The notes: a model not told the origin generated them from the letters alone. A DNA stretch of 64,000 bases from Acidobacteriota bacterium (GCA_041178345.1 JBEGVQ010000109.1:11074-75073), one strand, 5' to 3'; positions 35,601 to 45,136 are shown, counted from the stretch's first letter. Made by a program: numbers and translations.

Positions 35601-37334
35601 GTGAAGCAACTTCTTCTGGCTCTTCTGTGCGCGGGCCTGGTTTCGACGGACGCCCTCGCCCAGGGCGGCGGACAACTACCTCCGGGTGGCGGCCAGGGGC
35701 TCCTGCGGGGACAGGCGCGCGCGACACCCTTGCGCGACGATGCGCCCCGCGGCACCGCCGTCATTCGCGGACAAATCGTATCCGCCGACACCGGCGCGCC
35801 CATTCGCCGGGCGCAGGTGCGTATTTCGTCGGCCGAGGCTCGCGAAAGCCGGGTGGCAGCCACCGACGCGCAGGGCCGCTTCGAGGTCAAGGAGCTGCCC
35901 GCGGGCCGCTACACCATCAATGCCAGCAAGGCTGGCTTCGTCACGCTGCAGTATGGCCAGCGACGCCCATCCGAATCGGGCACACCGATCGAGCTGGGCA
36001 ATGGGCAAGCGCTGGACAAGCTGACCATCGCCTTGCCGCGCGGCAGCGTGCTTGGCGGCCGCATCACCGACGAGTTCGGGGAGCCGGTCGCCAATGCCAG
36101 TGTGATCGCGATGCGCTACAGCTATGCCGGCGGCGGCCGGCGCCTGACCGCCGCGCCGGGATCCAACTCGCGCGACACCACCGACGATCAGGGCCACTAC
36201 CGCCTCTTCGGCCTGCCACCCGGCGAGTACTTCGTGAGCGCGACGTTGCGCTCCGGTCCCGAGGCCGCCGACCCCACCGGTGAAGTCTCAGGCTATGCCG
36301 CCACGTACTTTCCCGGCACGGCGAACCTGAACGAGGCATCGCGCGTGACGCTGGCCGTGTCGCAAGAGAACACAACCGTGTCGTTCGGGCTGATTGCCAC
36401 CAGGCTGGTGCGGATCTCGGGCCAGGTGCTCACCTCGTCCGGCGAGCCCGCTGCGGGCGGCAGCGTGATCCTGATGCCGGGGGGCACCGCCGGGGGGCGC
36501 GGCATCCTGATGCAGCAGGGCGGCGGCGGCGGACGCATCGATCGCACCGGCGCCTTCACCATTGCGAACGTCGCGCCAGGACGGTACCAAGTGCAAGCGC
36601 GAAGCGGCGGCCGCGGCGGCGAAGGAGAAATGGCCAAGATGGATCTGGCGGTGGGCGTCGAGGACGTCTCCGGCGTGACCATGGTCACGGCGCCCGGCGC
36701 CATCGTTACTGGCCTGGTCGTGAGCGACACCGGCGAGCCGCTCGACTTTCCGGCCCAGCAACTGCAGGTCGCCGCCCGTGCCGCCAGTCCTGACGCACCC
36801 GGCCCCGGCGCGGGTGGCGGCGCGCGGGTCGGCACGAACTGGACCTTCGAACTGCGCGGCCTGACCGACGCCCGCCTGTTCCGCGTCAACGCACCGCAGG
36901 GTTGGACGCTGAAGTCGGTCGCCCTGAACGGCCAGGACATCACCGACGTGCCTACGGAACTGCCGCCGGGCCAGTCGGTGGCGGGCATGCAGATCGTGCT
37001 GACGAAAAAGACCACGACCCTGTCGGGCGTGGTGTCGGACTCGCGCGGCAAGCCGCTGCTCGACGCGACCGTCGTGGTGTTTCCCGCGAACGAGCAGTTG
37101 TGGACGTTCCAGTCACGGTTCATCAAGGCGGCGCGGCCCGATCAAGAGGGCACATACCGCGTGGCGGGCCTGCCCGCGTTGGAGGATTACCTGATCGTCG
37201 CCGTGCAGGGCCTTGAAGACGGCCAGGCCGGCGACCCCGAGTTCCTGGCCGCGGTGAAGGAGGCGGCCGCGACATTCACGCTGGCCGACGGTGAAGCCAA
37301 GGCCGTTGACGTTAAACTCCCCGCACCGAAATGA
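35601..37334 (+). CDS. Secreted protein with multiple carboxypeptidase-regulatory-like (CarboxypepD_reg) domains
   Basis: GTG start and signal peptide MKQLLLALLCAGLVSTDALAQ. Repeated motifs (IRGQIVSADTGAPIRRAQVRI...TDAQGRFEVKELPAGRYTINASKAGF; GGRITDEFGEPVANASV...DDQGHYRLFGLPPGEYFVSA; TGAFTIANVAPGRYQV). Confidence 0.8.
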   Translation: MKQLLLALLCAGLVSTDALAQGGGQLPPGGGQGLLRGQARATPLRDDAPRGTAVIRGQIVSADTGAPIRRAQVRISSAEARESRVAATDAQGRFEVKELPAGRYTINASKAGFVTLQYGQRRPSESGTPIELGNGQALDKLTIALPRGSVLGGRITDEFGEPVANASVIAMRYSYAGGGRRLTAAPGSNSRDTTDDQGHYRLFGLPPGEYFVSATLRSGPEAADPTGEVSGYAATYFPGTANLNEASRVTLAVSQENTTVSFGLIATRLVRISGQVLTSSGEPAAGGSVILMPGGTAGGRGILMQQGGGGGRIDRTGAFTIANVAPGRYQVQARSGGRGGEGEMAKMDLAVGVEDVSGVTMVTAPGAIVTGLVVSDTGEPLDFPAQQLQVAARAASPDAPGPGAGGGARVGTNWTFELRGLTDARLFRVNAPQGWTLKSVALNGQDITDVPTELPPGQSVAGMQIVLTKKTTTLSGVVSDSRGKPLLDATVVVFPANEQLWTFQSRFIKAARPDQEGTYRVAGLPALEDYLIVAVQGLEDGQAGDPEFLAAVKEAAATFTLADGEAKAVDVKLPAPK

Positions 37335-37391
37335 GGACTGATCTGTGGGCGATCGACCCGGTGTCTTCGATCTCGGCCGCCGCAAGCAGCC

Positions 37392-38363
37392 CTAGAAGTG
37401 GTCGGAGTGCCAGCACACCACTTCGGCCGCGGCGAGCGGCGGCAGCGGCAACATCCGGTCGCGCAGCGGACGGATCATCAACACTTCCTGGGTCGGCCTC
37501 GTGGCCGCGACCTTGAGCTGCGGCGGCACCAGCGCCTGCGGCCACCAGCCGCGAATCTCCGGCAACTTCTCGCTCGGGTAACGCGCCAGCATCACCTGGA
37601 GCATGGCGCCCAGGCGTGCGCCGGCCGGGTCGCGATCGCCGGCCTCCTCGATCATCCACCGGCCGTCCTGTTCGGTGGCAACCAGATAAGCCACTGCCTG
37701 GTGGCCCTCTTCGGCCACAAGGAACTCGGTCGTCCGCACACCCGAGGGCGACAGGCCAGAGAGCAGCCGCTTGCGGGTGATCCCGAAGCGAATGAAGTCT
37801 TCGCTGCGATCGAGCGCCAGCCGCGCGCCGGCAGACCGAATGGCCGACATCTCGACAATGCTCGGCAGGTCGCGCTCGTCGCCGCTTCGCACCAGGATTG
37901 CTGGCGCCCCGCCTTTCTTCTGGTCGACTTCGAGCACCCATTCGGTGAGCGGCACCGGCACGAACTCCAGGCGTTCGTAGAACGCGGGCGGAATCTCGGA
38001 GAAGAGCATGGCGAACTCCTGCCCTTCGGTCACGGCGGTCTCGAGCATGCGGGCGATCAGCTCGCGCGCGGCGCCGCGGCCGCGATATGCCGCAGGAGTG
38101 AACACGGCGCCAATGCCCAGCACCCGGCGAATGCGGCCGTCGAGACGCAGCGACAGGTCGTAGCGCTTCGCGCTCGAGACGACGTGAGGACCGTCAATGA
38201 GCGCCACGCGGTCGAGGTGCGCGGATCCCCACGGCGTCTTGACCTGCGCCGCCCAGCTTTTGCCGTAGTGCGCGCGGGTCAGTCCGTCGTTCCAGAGGGA
38301 AAAAGTGTCGTCGAGCACGCGCTCGAGGACATCACCAACGGCAGGAACGACGTGAAATGGCAT
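37392..38363 (-). CDS. GNAT family N-acetyltransferase with extended C-terminal domain
   Basis: Acetyl-CoA binding pattern IGAVFTPAAYRGRGAARELIARML. 323 aa. Confidence 0.7.
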   Translation of the reverse strand: MPFHVVPAVGDVLERVLDDTFSLWNDGLTRAHYGKSWAAQVKTPWGSAHLDRVALIDGPHVVSSAKRYDLSLRLDGRIRRVLGIGAVFTPAAYRGRGAARELIARMLETAVTEGQEFAMLFSEIPPAFYERLEFVPVPLTEWVLEVDQKKGGAPAILVRSGDERDLPSIVEMSAIRSAGARLALDRSEDFIRFGITRKRLLSGLSPSGVRTTEFLVAEEGHQAVAYLVATEQDGRWMIEEAGDRDPAGARLGAMLQVMLARYPSEKLPEIRGWWPQALVPPQLKVAATRPTQEVLMIRPLRDRMLPLPPLAAAEVVCWHSDHF

Positions 38364-38418
38364 GGATTAAACGATGGCTCGACGCGGCGGGTCGAATCAG
38401 TCAGTAAGAGGTTAACTC

Positions 38419-39846
38419 ATGTGGACCCGTACCTTTGCCGTCTTGTCGTTGATCGCCGTCGCCGCCGGCCAGCCGCAGGCGGGCGCGCCCGACCCGCTGC
38501 CCACGAGCGAAGACGCCGCCACCCACGCGCTCAATCGGCTGACCTTTGGCCCGCGTCCGGGTGACGTAGCCCGCGTGAAAGCCGTGGGCCTGCAACGGTG
38601 GATCGACCAGCAGCTCGACCCGTCGCGGATCGATGATACGGCGCTCACCGCCACACTGGCTCGGCTGGAGACGCTGTCGCTCGACTCGCAGACGATCCAG
38701 CGCGAGTACTCGGGCCCGGCGATGGTGGAACGGCGCGAACGGCAGCAACAGGCAGGTCAGGCGGGTCAGGCCGGTGGGGCGAGTGGGGAGAGGGAAGCCA
38801 GCGCGGCGCAGCGGAAGGATCGGCAAGTCATCGCCGAACTCGAGGAAGCGAAGCTGTTGCGCGCGGTCCAGAGCGAGCGGCAACTGCAAGAAGTGCTGGT
38901 GGATTTCTGGTTCAACCACTTCAACGTATTCGCCGGCAAGGGCGCGACCCGCAACTACCTGAACGAGTACGAGCGCGAAGCCATTCGCCCGCATGTGCTC
39001 GGCCACTTTCGCGACATGCTGGAAGCCAGCGCGAAGAGCCCCGCCATGTTGTTCTACCTGGATAACTGGCAGAACGTGAGTGAAGATTCCCCGTCCCCGG
39101 GAGGCGCGCACCGAGGCGTCAACGAAAACTACGCGCGCGAACTCATGGAGCTCCACACCCTCGGCGTCGACGGCGGCTACACCCAGGCCGACGTCAAGAA
39201 TGTCGCGCGCGCGCTGACCGGCTGGACCATCCGGCCGCGCGAAGGGTCCGGCACGATGTTCGTGCCGCGCCGCCACGACGACAACGCCAAGACCGTGCTG
39301 GGACATGCCCTCAAGGCCGGCGGCGGCGAAGGCGACCTCGAACGGGTCCTCGACATCCTGGCCGCGCATCCCTCGACGGCGCGGCACATCGCCACCAAGC
39401 TTGCGATCCGGTTCGTCAGCGACACGCCGCCGGCCGCGCTCGTGGATCGCGCCGCGGCACGGTTCACGGCGACCAACGGCAACCTGCGCGAGGTAGTGCG
39501 GACCATCATCACGTCGCCGGAGTTCTTCGCGCCCGAGGCGTCTCGCGCCAAGGTGAAGACGCCGCTGGAGTTCGTGGCCAGCGCGCTGCGGGCCACCGGC
39601 GCCGAGGTGCGCACGGCGCTGCCGCTGGCGCGCGAGCTGCGCGACATGGGCATGCCGCTCTATTTCTGCCAGCCGCCGACCGGCTACGACGATACCGCGA
39701 CGACCTGGGTGTCGGCCGGGGCGCTGGTCAGTCGGATGAACTTCGCGGTGGCGCTCGGCAAGAACCAGGTCCGCGGCGTCCGGATTGCCAATCCGCCAGC
39801 CGATCTCGTTCAGGAGATTGGTTCACCCGCGTTCCAGAGACAGTGA
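38419..39846 (+). CDS. DUF1800 domain protein (secreted)
   Basis: Signal peptide MWTRTFAVLSLIAVAAGQ. Family signature LVDFWFNHFNVFAGKG...PAMLFYLDNWQN. Contains an imperfect 9-nt x3 repeat encoding QAGQAGQAG (38748-38774). Confidence 0.85.
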   Translation: MWTRTFAVLSLIAVAAGQPQAGAPDPLPTSEDAATHALNRLTFGPRPGDVARVKAVGLQRWIDQQLDPSRIDDTALTATLARLETLSLDSQTIQREYSGPAMVERRERQQQAGQAGQAGGASGEREASAAQRKDRQVIAELEEAKLLRAVQSERQLQEVLVDFWFNHFNVFAGKGATRNYLNEYEREAIRPHVLGHFRDMLEASAKSPAMLFYLDNWQNVSEDSPSPGGAHRGVNENYARELMELHTLGVDGGYTQADVKNVARALTGWTIRPREGSGTMFVPRRHDDNAKTVLGHALKAGGGEGDLERVLDILAAHPSTARHIATKLAIRFVSDTPPAALVDRAAARFTATNGNLREVVRTIITSPEFFAPEASRAKVKTPLEFVASALRATGAEVRTALPLARELRDMGMPLYFCQPPTGYDDTATTWVSAGALVSRMNFAVALGKNQVRGVRIANPPADLVQEIGSPAFQRQ

Positions 39847-39853
39847 GGCGGTC

Positions 39854-41107
39854 ATGACGTCACGACGAGTGTTTCTCAAGAGCGGGGCGATGGCGATGGT
39901 GACCATGGGGTTTGCGCCGTCGTTTCTCACCCGAACGGCGACGGCGGCCGGCACGCGCAAGAAGCTGTTGATCACGGTGTTTCAGCGCGGCGCGGTCGAT
40001 GGACTCAACATGGTGGTGCCGTACGGCGAGGCCGACTACTACCGGGCGCGGCCCTCCATTGCGATCGCCAGGCCCGGCACCGACGGCGGCGCCATCGATC
40101 TCAATGGGTTCTTCGGCTTGCATCCGCGGCTGTCGTCGTTCAAGCCACTGTGGGACCGCGGTGAGCTCGCCGTCGTGCAGGCGTCGGGATCGCACGACAC
40201 CACGCGATCGCATTTCGATGCGCAGGACTACATGGAGTCGGCGACGCCGGGGGTCAAGAGTACGAAGGACGGCTGGCTCAATCGCTACCTGGCCGCCTCT
40301 GCGGCAGCGCACGATGCCGCGGTCGCCGCGGGCCGCAACCCGTTGCGGGCGGTTGCGCTCACCTCGCAGATGCCGCGGACGCTGCAGGGCGCCGCGCCGG
40401 CGCTTGCGGTCGGCAAGACTGCCGACTTCGCGGTGGCCGACATGAGCGCGCGCGCGTCATTCGAGGAGGTCTACCAGGCGACGCGGGACCAGTCGCTGAA
40501 CGGCACTGCCGGCGAGGCTTTTGATGCCATGCGGGCCCTCGCTGCGAAGACGGCCAGGCCGTACCGGCCGGCCAACGGCGCCGTCTATCCGCGGTCGCCA
40601 TTCGGGCAGGCGTTGCAGGAGATTGCGCGGCTCGCCAAGTCGGACGTCGGCCTCGAGATTGCCTTCGCCGAAAGCACGCAGTGGGACCATCACGTGAACC
40701 AGGGCGCGGCGACGGGACAGATGGCCAACCGGCTCGACGACTTCTCCCGCGGCATCGCGGCGCTCGCGCAAGATTTGGGCGAGCGCATGGCCGACACGAT
40801 CATCCTCACGATGTCGGAGTTCGGCCGGGCGGTGGCCGAGAACGGCAGCCGCGGCACCGACCACGGTCACGGCAACGCCATGTTCGTGATCGGCGGCAGC
40901 GTGAAGGGCAAGGAGGTCTACGGCAAGTGGCCGGGCCTGAAGGCCGACCAGCGCTTCGAAGGCCGCGACCTGGCGGTGACCACCGACTTCCGCGATGTGT
41001 TCAGCGAGGTGGTGGTGAAGCACCTCGGTGCCACGACTCACATGGCGGGGCCGGTGTTTCCGGGCTACGACGTGAAGGCGTCGGCATTCCGAGGGATCGT
41101 GCGATAG
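39854..41107 (+). CDS. DUF1501 domain protein (alkaline-phosphatase/sulfatase-like fold) with twin-arginine signal
   Basis: MTSRRVFLKSGAMAMVTMGF (Tat-like RRxFLK). Family motifs LTMSEFGRAVAENGSRGTDHGHGNAMFVIGG. Confidence 0.85.
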   Translation: MTSRRVFLKSGAMAMVTMGFAPSFLTRTATAAGTRKKLLITVFQRGAVDGLNMVVPYGEADYYRARPSIAIARPGTDGGAIDLNGFFGLHPRLSSFKPLWDRGELAVVQASGSHDTTRSHFDAQDYMESATPGVKSTKDGWLNRYLAASAAAHDAAVAAGRNPLRAVALTSQMPRTLQGAAPALAVGKTADFAVADMSARASFEEVYQATRDQSLNGTAGEAFDAMRALAAKTARPYRPANGAVYPRSPFGQALQEIARLAKSDVGLEIAFAESTQWDHHVNQGAATGQMANRLDDFSRGIAALAQDLGERMADTIILTMSEFGRAVAENGSRGTDHGHGNAMFVIGGSVKGKEVYGKWPGLKADQRFEGRDLAVTTDFRDVFSEVVVKHLGATTHMAGPVFPGYDVKASAFRGIVR

Positions 41108-41125
41108 GGATGCGGCCAAACCTCG

Positions 41126-41131
41126 TATAAT
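41126..41131 (+). promoter_or_regulatory. Perfect TATAAT hexamer in the 42-nt gap after the DUF1501 gene
   Basis: Read directly from the sequence. Followed by AGGGGG (41141-41146) and ATG at 41156. No clear -35. Confidence 0.3.
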
Positions 41132-41155
41132 CCGCCCTTCAGGGGGTGAGTGCTT

Positions 41156-42019
41156 ATGCGGTGGGTTTCGGTTTTGAAGGCAGCGGCGGTCGCTGGAGTG
41201 GTCGCGGTCGCAGTCTCAATCACGGCCATGCCGTCGGTCACCGGGCAATCCCGGACCTCCGGGATACCACGCTTGAACGGCAAGCCGGATCTGAACGGCC
41301 TCTGGCAAACCATCAATACCGCCAACTGGGACATCCAGGCGCACTCGGCCAAGCCGGCCCTGGCCATGCGACCGGGACCGGTGGTGCCGGTACCAGCCAA
41401 GGAAGTGCTGGCGTTTGGCGCCGTCGGCGCCGTGCCGGCCGGACTCGGCGTAGTGGACGGCAACGACCTGCCGTACCTGCCTGAAGCGCTCAAGAAGAAG
41501 GAAGAGAACCAGGCCAACTGGCTGACGCGCGACCCGGAGATCAAGTGCTACCTCCCGGGCGTGCCGCGCGCCACCTACATGCCCTTCCCCTTCCAGATCT
41601 TTCAGGGCGACGGCACGTTCTTCATCGCCTACGAGTACGCCGGCGCGGTGCGCAACGTCTACATGAAGGCTCCCCAACCGGCCGCCATTGACAGCTGGAT
41701 GGGCGAGTCGTACGGCCGCTGGGAAGGCGACACGCTCGTCGTCGAGGTCTCGGGCTTCAACGATCAGTCGTGGTTCGATCGCGCCGGCAACCACCACACC
41801 GAACAACTGAAGGTCACCGAGCGCTACACCATGACCGGCCCGGACCATATCAACTACCAGGCCACCATCACCGACCCGGGCACGTTCTCCAAGCCGTGGA
41901 CCATGAGCATGCCGCTTTATCGGCGGGTCGAACGCGGAGCGCGGCTCGGCCAGTTCAAGTGCGTCGAGTTCGTCACGGAATTGATGTATGGCCACCTGCG
42001 AAAGGAGCCCATCAAATGA
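41156..42019 (+). CDS. Secreted protein of unknown function (paralog A; shares the GRWEGDTLVVE / LKVTER module with the next gene)
   Basis: Signal peptide MRWVSVLKAAAVAGVVAVAVSITAMPSVTGQ. ...SWMGESYGRWEGDTLVVEVSGFNDQSWFDRAGNHHTEQLKVTERYTM...ATITDPGTFSKPW. A GTG at 41150 is an alternative start. Confidence 0.7.
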   Translation: MRWVSVLKAAAVAGVVAVAVSITAMPSVTGQSRTSGIPRLNGKPDLNGLWQTINTANWDIQAHSAKPALAMRPGPVVPVPAKEVLAFGAVGAVPAGLGVVDGNDLPYLPEALKKKEENQANWLTRDPEIKCYLPGVPRATYMPFPFQIFQGDGTFFIAYEYAGAVRNVYMKAPQPAAIDSWMGESYGRWEGDTLVVEVSGFNDQSWFDRAGNHHTEQLKVTERYTMTGPDHINYQATITDPGTFSKPWTMSMPLYRRVERGARLGQFKCVEFVTELMYGHLRKEPIK

Positions 42020-43149
42020 AACTCGTCGGCCTGACCTTGGCGGCCGCGGTACTCGGGCTCGCCGCGGCCGGCGCGCAGGCGCCCGCGGCCAAACCCGCGG
42101 CCGGCCAGAGGCCCGCCGCCCAGAAACCCGCGGCGCCGCGGGCCGGCGCCATTCCACGCACCAGTGACGGGCGGCCCAGCCTCCAGGGCAACTGGACCAA
42201 TGCCACCATCACGCCGCTCGAGCGGCTTGGCGCCAACCTGCCGCTCGTGCTGACTGAAGAGGCAGCGGCGGAAGAAGAACGCAAGACACAGAACGCGATT
42301 GAGGCCCGTGAAGCTGACAGCGATCCGAATCGCGGCGCCCCACCGGTCGGCGGCGAAGCGCGCAAGAGCCCCAATGCCGAACCGACCTACCTCGAGCGCG
42401 TGTGGCAGGCCGGGGCCGGCGTGGTCGGCGGCTACAACTCGTTCTGGGTGGATCCCGGCGATCGCGTGCTGCGCGTCGATGGCCAGCCGCGGAGTTCGAT
42501 CCTGATCGATCCGCCCAACGGCCGCGTCCCGGCGCTGACACCCCAAGCGCGGGCGCGCCTGGCGGAAGCGGCGGCCGAGCGCAAGAAAGCCGGCGGCGAG
42601 TTCGACCATCCCGAGCTGCGGCCGCTCGCCGAGCGCTGCATCACATCGTTTGGCAACAACCTCGGGCCGCCGATGCTGCCCAACTACTTCTACAACAACA
42701 GCTACAGCATCGTGCAGACCAAGGACAACGTGATGATCCTCACGGAGATGGTGCACGACGTGCGGACGGTCCGGCTGGGCGGCACGCATCCGCCCGCGAG
42801 CTTCCGCCAGTGGTTCGGCGACTCGATTGGCCGATGGGAGGGTGACACGCTGGTGGTCGAGACCACCAACTTCCACCCGAATCACGGCTTCCGCGGATCG
42901 TGGGAGAACCTGAAGGTGACCGAGCGCTTCACCCGCAAGGATGCCACCACGCTGAAGTACCGATTCACCGTGGAGGATCCGACGACGTTCACGGCGCCGT
43001 TCACCGGCGAGCTGGAGTTCCGCGCGATGGCGCCCGACGAGCAGGTCTACGAGTACGCCTGCCACGAGGCCAACTACGGCCTCGAGGGCGTGATGAGCGG
43101 CGCCCGCGCGCAGGAGCGGGAAGCCGCGAAGAAGAAGTCGCAGCAGTGA
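42016..43149 (+). CDS. Secreted protein of unknown function (paralog B)
   Basis: The ATG overlaps the upstream stop (ATGA) and follows AAAGGAG. Signal peptide MKLVGLTLAAAVLGLAAAGAQA. ...QWFGDSIGRWEGDTLVVETTNFHPNHGFRGSWENLKVTERFTR...FTVEDPTTFTAPF...YEYACHEANY. Confidence 0.7.
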   Translation: MKLVGLTLAAAVLGLAAAGAQAPAAKPAAGQRPAAQKPAAPRAGAIPRTSDGRPSLQGNWTNATITPLERLGANLPLVLTEEAAAEEERKTQNAIEAREADSDPNRGAPPVGGEARKSPNAEPTYLERVWQAGAGVVGGYNSFWVDPGDRVLRVDGQPRSSILIDPPNGRVPALTPQARARLAEAAAERKKAGGEFDHPELRPLAERCITSFGNNLGPPMLPNYFYNNSYSIVQTKDNVMILTEMVHDVRTVRLGGTHPPASFRQWFGDSIGRWEGDTLVVETTNFHPNHGFRGSWENLKVTERFTRKDATTLKYRFTVEDPTTFTAPFTGELEFRAMAPDEQVYEYACHEANYGLEGVMSGARAQEREAAKKKSQQ

Positions 43150-43177
43150 TCGCGGCGGCCGGGGCGGGAGTCTTGTC

Positions 43178-44290
43178 ATGAACATCGATCGGCTCGCCAC
43201 TCCGGCCGTCCTGGTCGATCGGGCCCGCACCGAGCGCAACCTCGATCGCATGCAGGCCGCGGCTAATGCCCGCGGCGTGCGCCTGCGGCCCCACACCAAG
43301 ACCCACAAGAGCCCCATCGTCGCCGGCTGGCAAATCGCGCGCGGCGCCATCGGCATCTGCTGCGCGAAGCTGGGCGAGGCCGCAGTGTTTGCGGCTCACG
43401 GCATCGCCGACATCCGGCTGCCCTACCCGCTGAACCCCGCCAGCGCCGAGCGCGTGATCGCGCTGCTCGATCGCACGCGCCTGTCGTTCATCGTCGATCA
43501 TCCGGGCGTCGCGAAGCAGTGGTCCGACGCCATGGCGCGCGCGGGCCAGCAGGTCGATGTGCTGGTGAAGGTGGACGTCGGCTTCCACCGCTGCGGCATC
43601 GACCCGGCGGCCGCGGGCGCGGTGGACATGATCAGGGGCGTGGCCGCGCTTCCCGGCCTGCGGCTGCGCGGCCTCCTCGCCCACGCGGGCCACGCGTATC
43701 ACGCGCATTCGGAAGACGAGTTGCGCCAGATGGCCGAGGGCGAGGCGTGGACCATGCGCGATCTCGCCGCACGGTGCCGCGCGGCCGGAGTCGTGATCGA
43801 TGAGGTGAGCGCGGGCGCCACGCCGCCGGCGCGGTTTTCGCTGCAACAGGACGGCTTCACCGAGTACCGGCCCGGCAACTACGTCTACTTCGACCGCACC
43901 CAGGTGGCGCTCGGCGCCGCGACGCTCGACGACTGCGCCCTCACGGTGCTGGCGCGCGTGGTGAGCAAGCCGACTGCAGACCGGGTCGTTCTGGACTCGG
44001 GCTCGAAGACGCTCACGAACGACGGCGCCAGGGGTTTCGCTCCCGCCCCCGGCTACGGCACCATCCTGCGCGACGGACGCGCAGATGACACGCTGCTGAT
44101 CGAACGGCTGTCTGAAGAGCACGCGACGGTCAAGGTCACGACCGGTTCGACCACGCTCGAACCCGGTGACCTCGTCCGGATCGTCCCGAATCACTCGTGC
44201 GTCGTGTCGAACCTGGTCGATCAGGCGTGGCTGGTGGACGGCGACCGCGTCGACCCCCTCCCCATCGCCGCCCGCGGGCGAAGTACGTGA
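43178..44290 (+). CDS. D-TA family PLP-dependent enzyme (D-threonine aldolase / D-serine dehydratase-like, alanine-racemase N-terminal fold)
   Basis: TPAVLVDRARTERNLDRMQA...LRPHTKTHKSP (PLP-lysine motif HxKTHK). C-terminal IVPNHSC pattern. Confidence 0.8.
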   Translation: MNIDRLATPAVLVDRARTERNLDRMQAAANARGVRLRPHTKTHKSPIVAGWQIARGAIGICCAKLGEAAVFAAHGIADIRLPYPLNPASAERVIALLDRTRLSFIVDHPGVAKQWSDAMARAGQQVDVLVKVDVGFHRCGIDPAAAGAVDMIRGVAALPGLRLRGLLAHAGHAYHAHSEDELRQMAEGEAWTMRDLAARCRAAGVVIDEVSAGATPPARFSLQQDGFTEYRPGNYVYFDRTQVALGAATLDDCALTVLARVVSKPTADRVVLDSGSKTLTNDGARGFAPAPGYGTILRDGRADDTLLIERLSEEHATVKVTTGSTTLEPGDLVRIVPNHSCVVSNLVDQAWLVDGDRVDPLPIAARGRST

Positions 44291-44322
44291 GCGGGCGCGG
44301 CCTGCTCCCCTATTGAAACGTG

Positions 44323-44328
44323 TAGAAT
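44323..44328 (+). promoter_or_regulatory. -10-like hexamer TAGAAT, 6 nt upstream of the GTG at 44335
   Basis: Read directly from the sequence. Implies either a leaderless GTG-initiated mRNA or a 36-nt leader to the ATG at 44371, which is preceded by GAGG. Confidence 0.3.
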
Positions 44329-44334
44329 GCTCGG

Positions 44335-44637
44335 GTGGCGAGCAAACCAGACGGCACCGAGGCAGTTGGCATGGTCGAAACCCGCGGGCTCGTGGGGATG
44401 ATCGAGGCGGCCGACGCCATGGTCAAGACCGCCAACGTGGTGTTTGTCGGCTGGCAGAAGGTCGACGCGGGCCTCGTCACGGCCATCGTGCGAGGCGACG
44501 TCGGGTCCGTCAAGGCCGCGACTGACGCCGGTGCGGCAGCGGCTCGCCGGGTTGGCGAACTGGTCGGCGTGCACGTCATTCCACGCCCGGCGGAAGATCT
44601 CGAGAAGATCTTCCCGATGCTCCGCCAAAAGATCTAG
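44335..44637 (+). CDS. Bacterial microcompartment shell protein, BMC-H (Pfam00936, PduA/EutM/CcmK-like)
   Basis: [86 protein letters not shown] is near-collinear with PduA-type hexamer proteins. Alternative start ATG at 44371. Confidence 0.9.
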   Translation: MASKPDGTEAVGMVETRGLVGMIEAADAMVKTANVVFVGWQKVDAGLVTAIVRGDVGSVKAATDAGAAAARRVGELVGVHVIPRPAEDLEKIFPMLRQKI

Positions 44638-45119
44638 CCGCGTCCCGCTTCCGCGTTTCCCTTGGCGCGCTTGCGCGCCGGACGCTCACGCGCAATCAGC
44701 TGTCGCAGCTTGATGCCCTCGCCCAGCATCAACAACGGCTGCGCCGCGTCGTCGAGCAGGTTGAACAGGTCGCCGGCGTCGTTCCTGGCGTAGATGTTGT
44801 CTCCGTCAATGAAGAGGGTGACGGCACCGCCGCCTTCGATCGCGTCGTAGAGACGCGTCTTGAAGCGCGACTTCAACACCTGCAGCAGCTTGCGGATCTT
44901 CTGGACGGTGAAGCCCTTGCGGCGCAGGTCGGCCAGCACCATCAGCTCCAGCAATTCAATTGGGGTGTAGCGGCGTTCGGTAAAGCCGCCGGACTCCGTC
45001 CTGTGCGAGGGCACCGCGGGGAGAAAGATCTTCCGCTGCGCCCACCACTGAAGCTGCCGCGCACTGAGGCCCGTGAGCTGCGCGACTTCCCGAGAGCTGT
45101 AAAGCTTCTTCAGTTTCAT
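44634..45119 (-). CDS. MerR family transcriptional regulator
   Basis: N-terminal [29 protein letters not shown]...[22 protein letters not shown]. Its stop codon shares the palindrome CTAG with the BMC-H stop. Confidence 0.75.
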   Translation of the reverse strand: MKLKKLYSSREVAQLTGLSARQLQWWAQRKIFLPAVPSHRTESGGFTERRYTPIELLELMVLADLRRKGFTVQKIRKLLQVLKSRFKTRLYDAIEGGGAVTLFIDGDNIYARNDAGDLFNLLDDAAQPLLMLGEGIKLRQLIARERPARKRAKGNAEAGRG

Positions 45120-45136
45120 CGCGGCTCACCGGGCCG

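Noticed and set aside
38748-38774. Imperfect 9-nt x3 repeat (CAGGCNGGT) encoding QAGQAGQAG in the DUF1800 gene. Also the GGPGG-encoding tracts in 49327-50301 and the proline tract in 60724-61767.
   Set aside because: The units are triplet-multiple and imperfect, and they sit within linker regions. This is ordinary low-complexity coding sequence with no frameshift potential.
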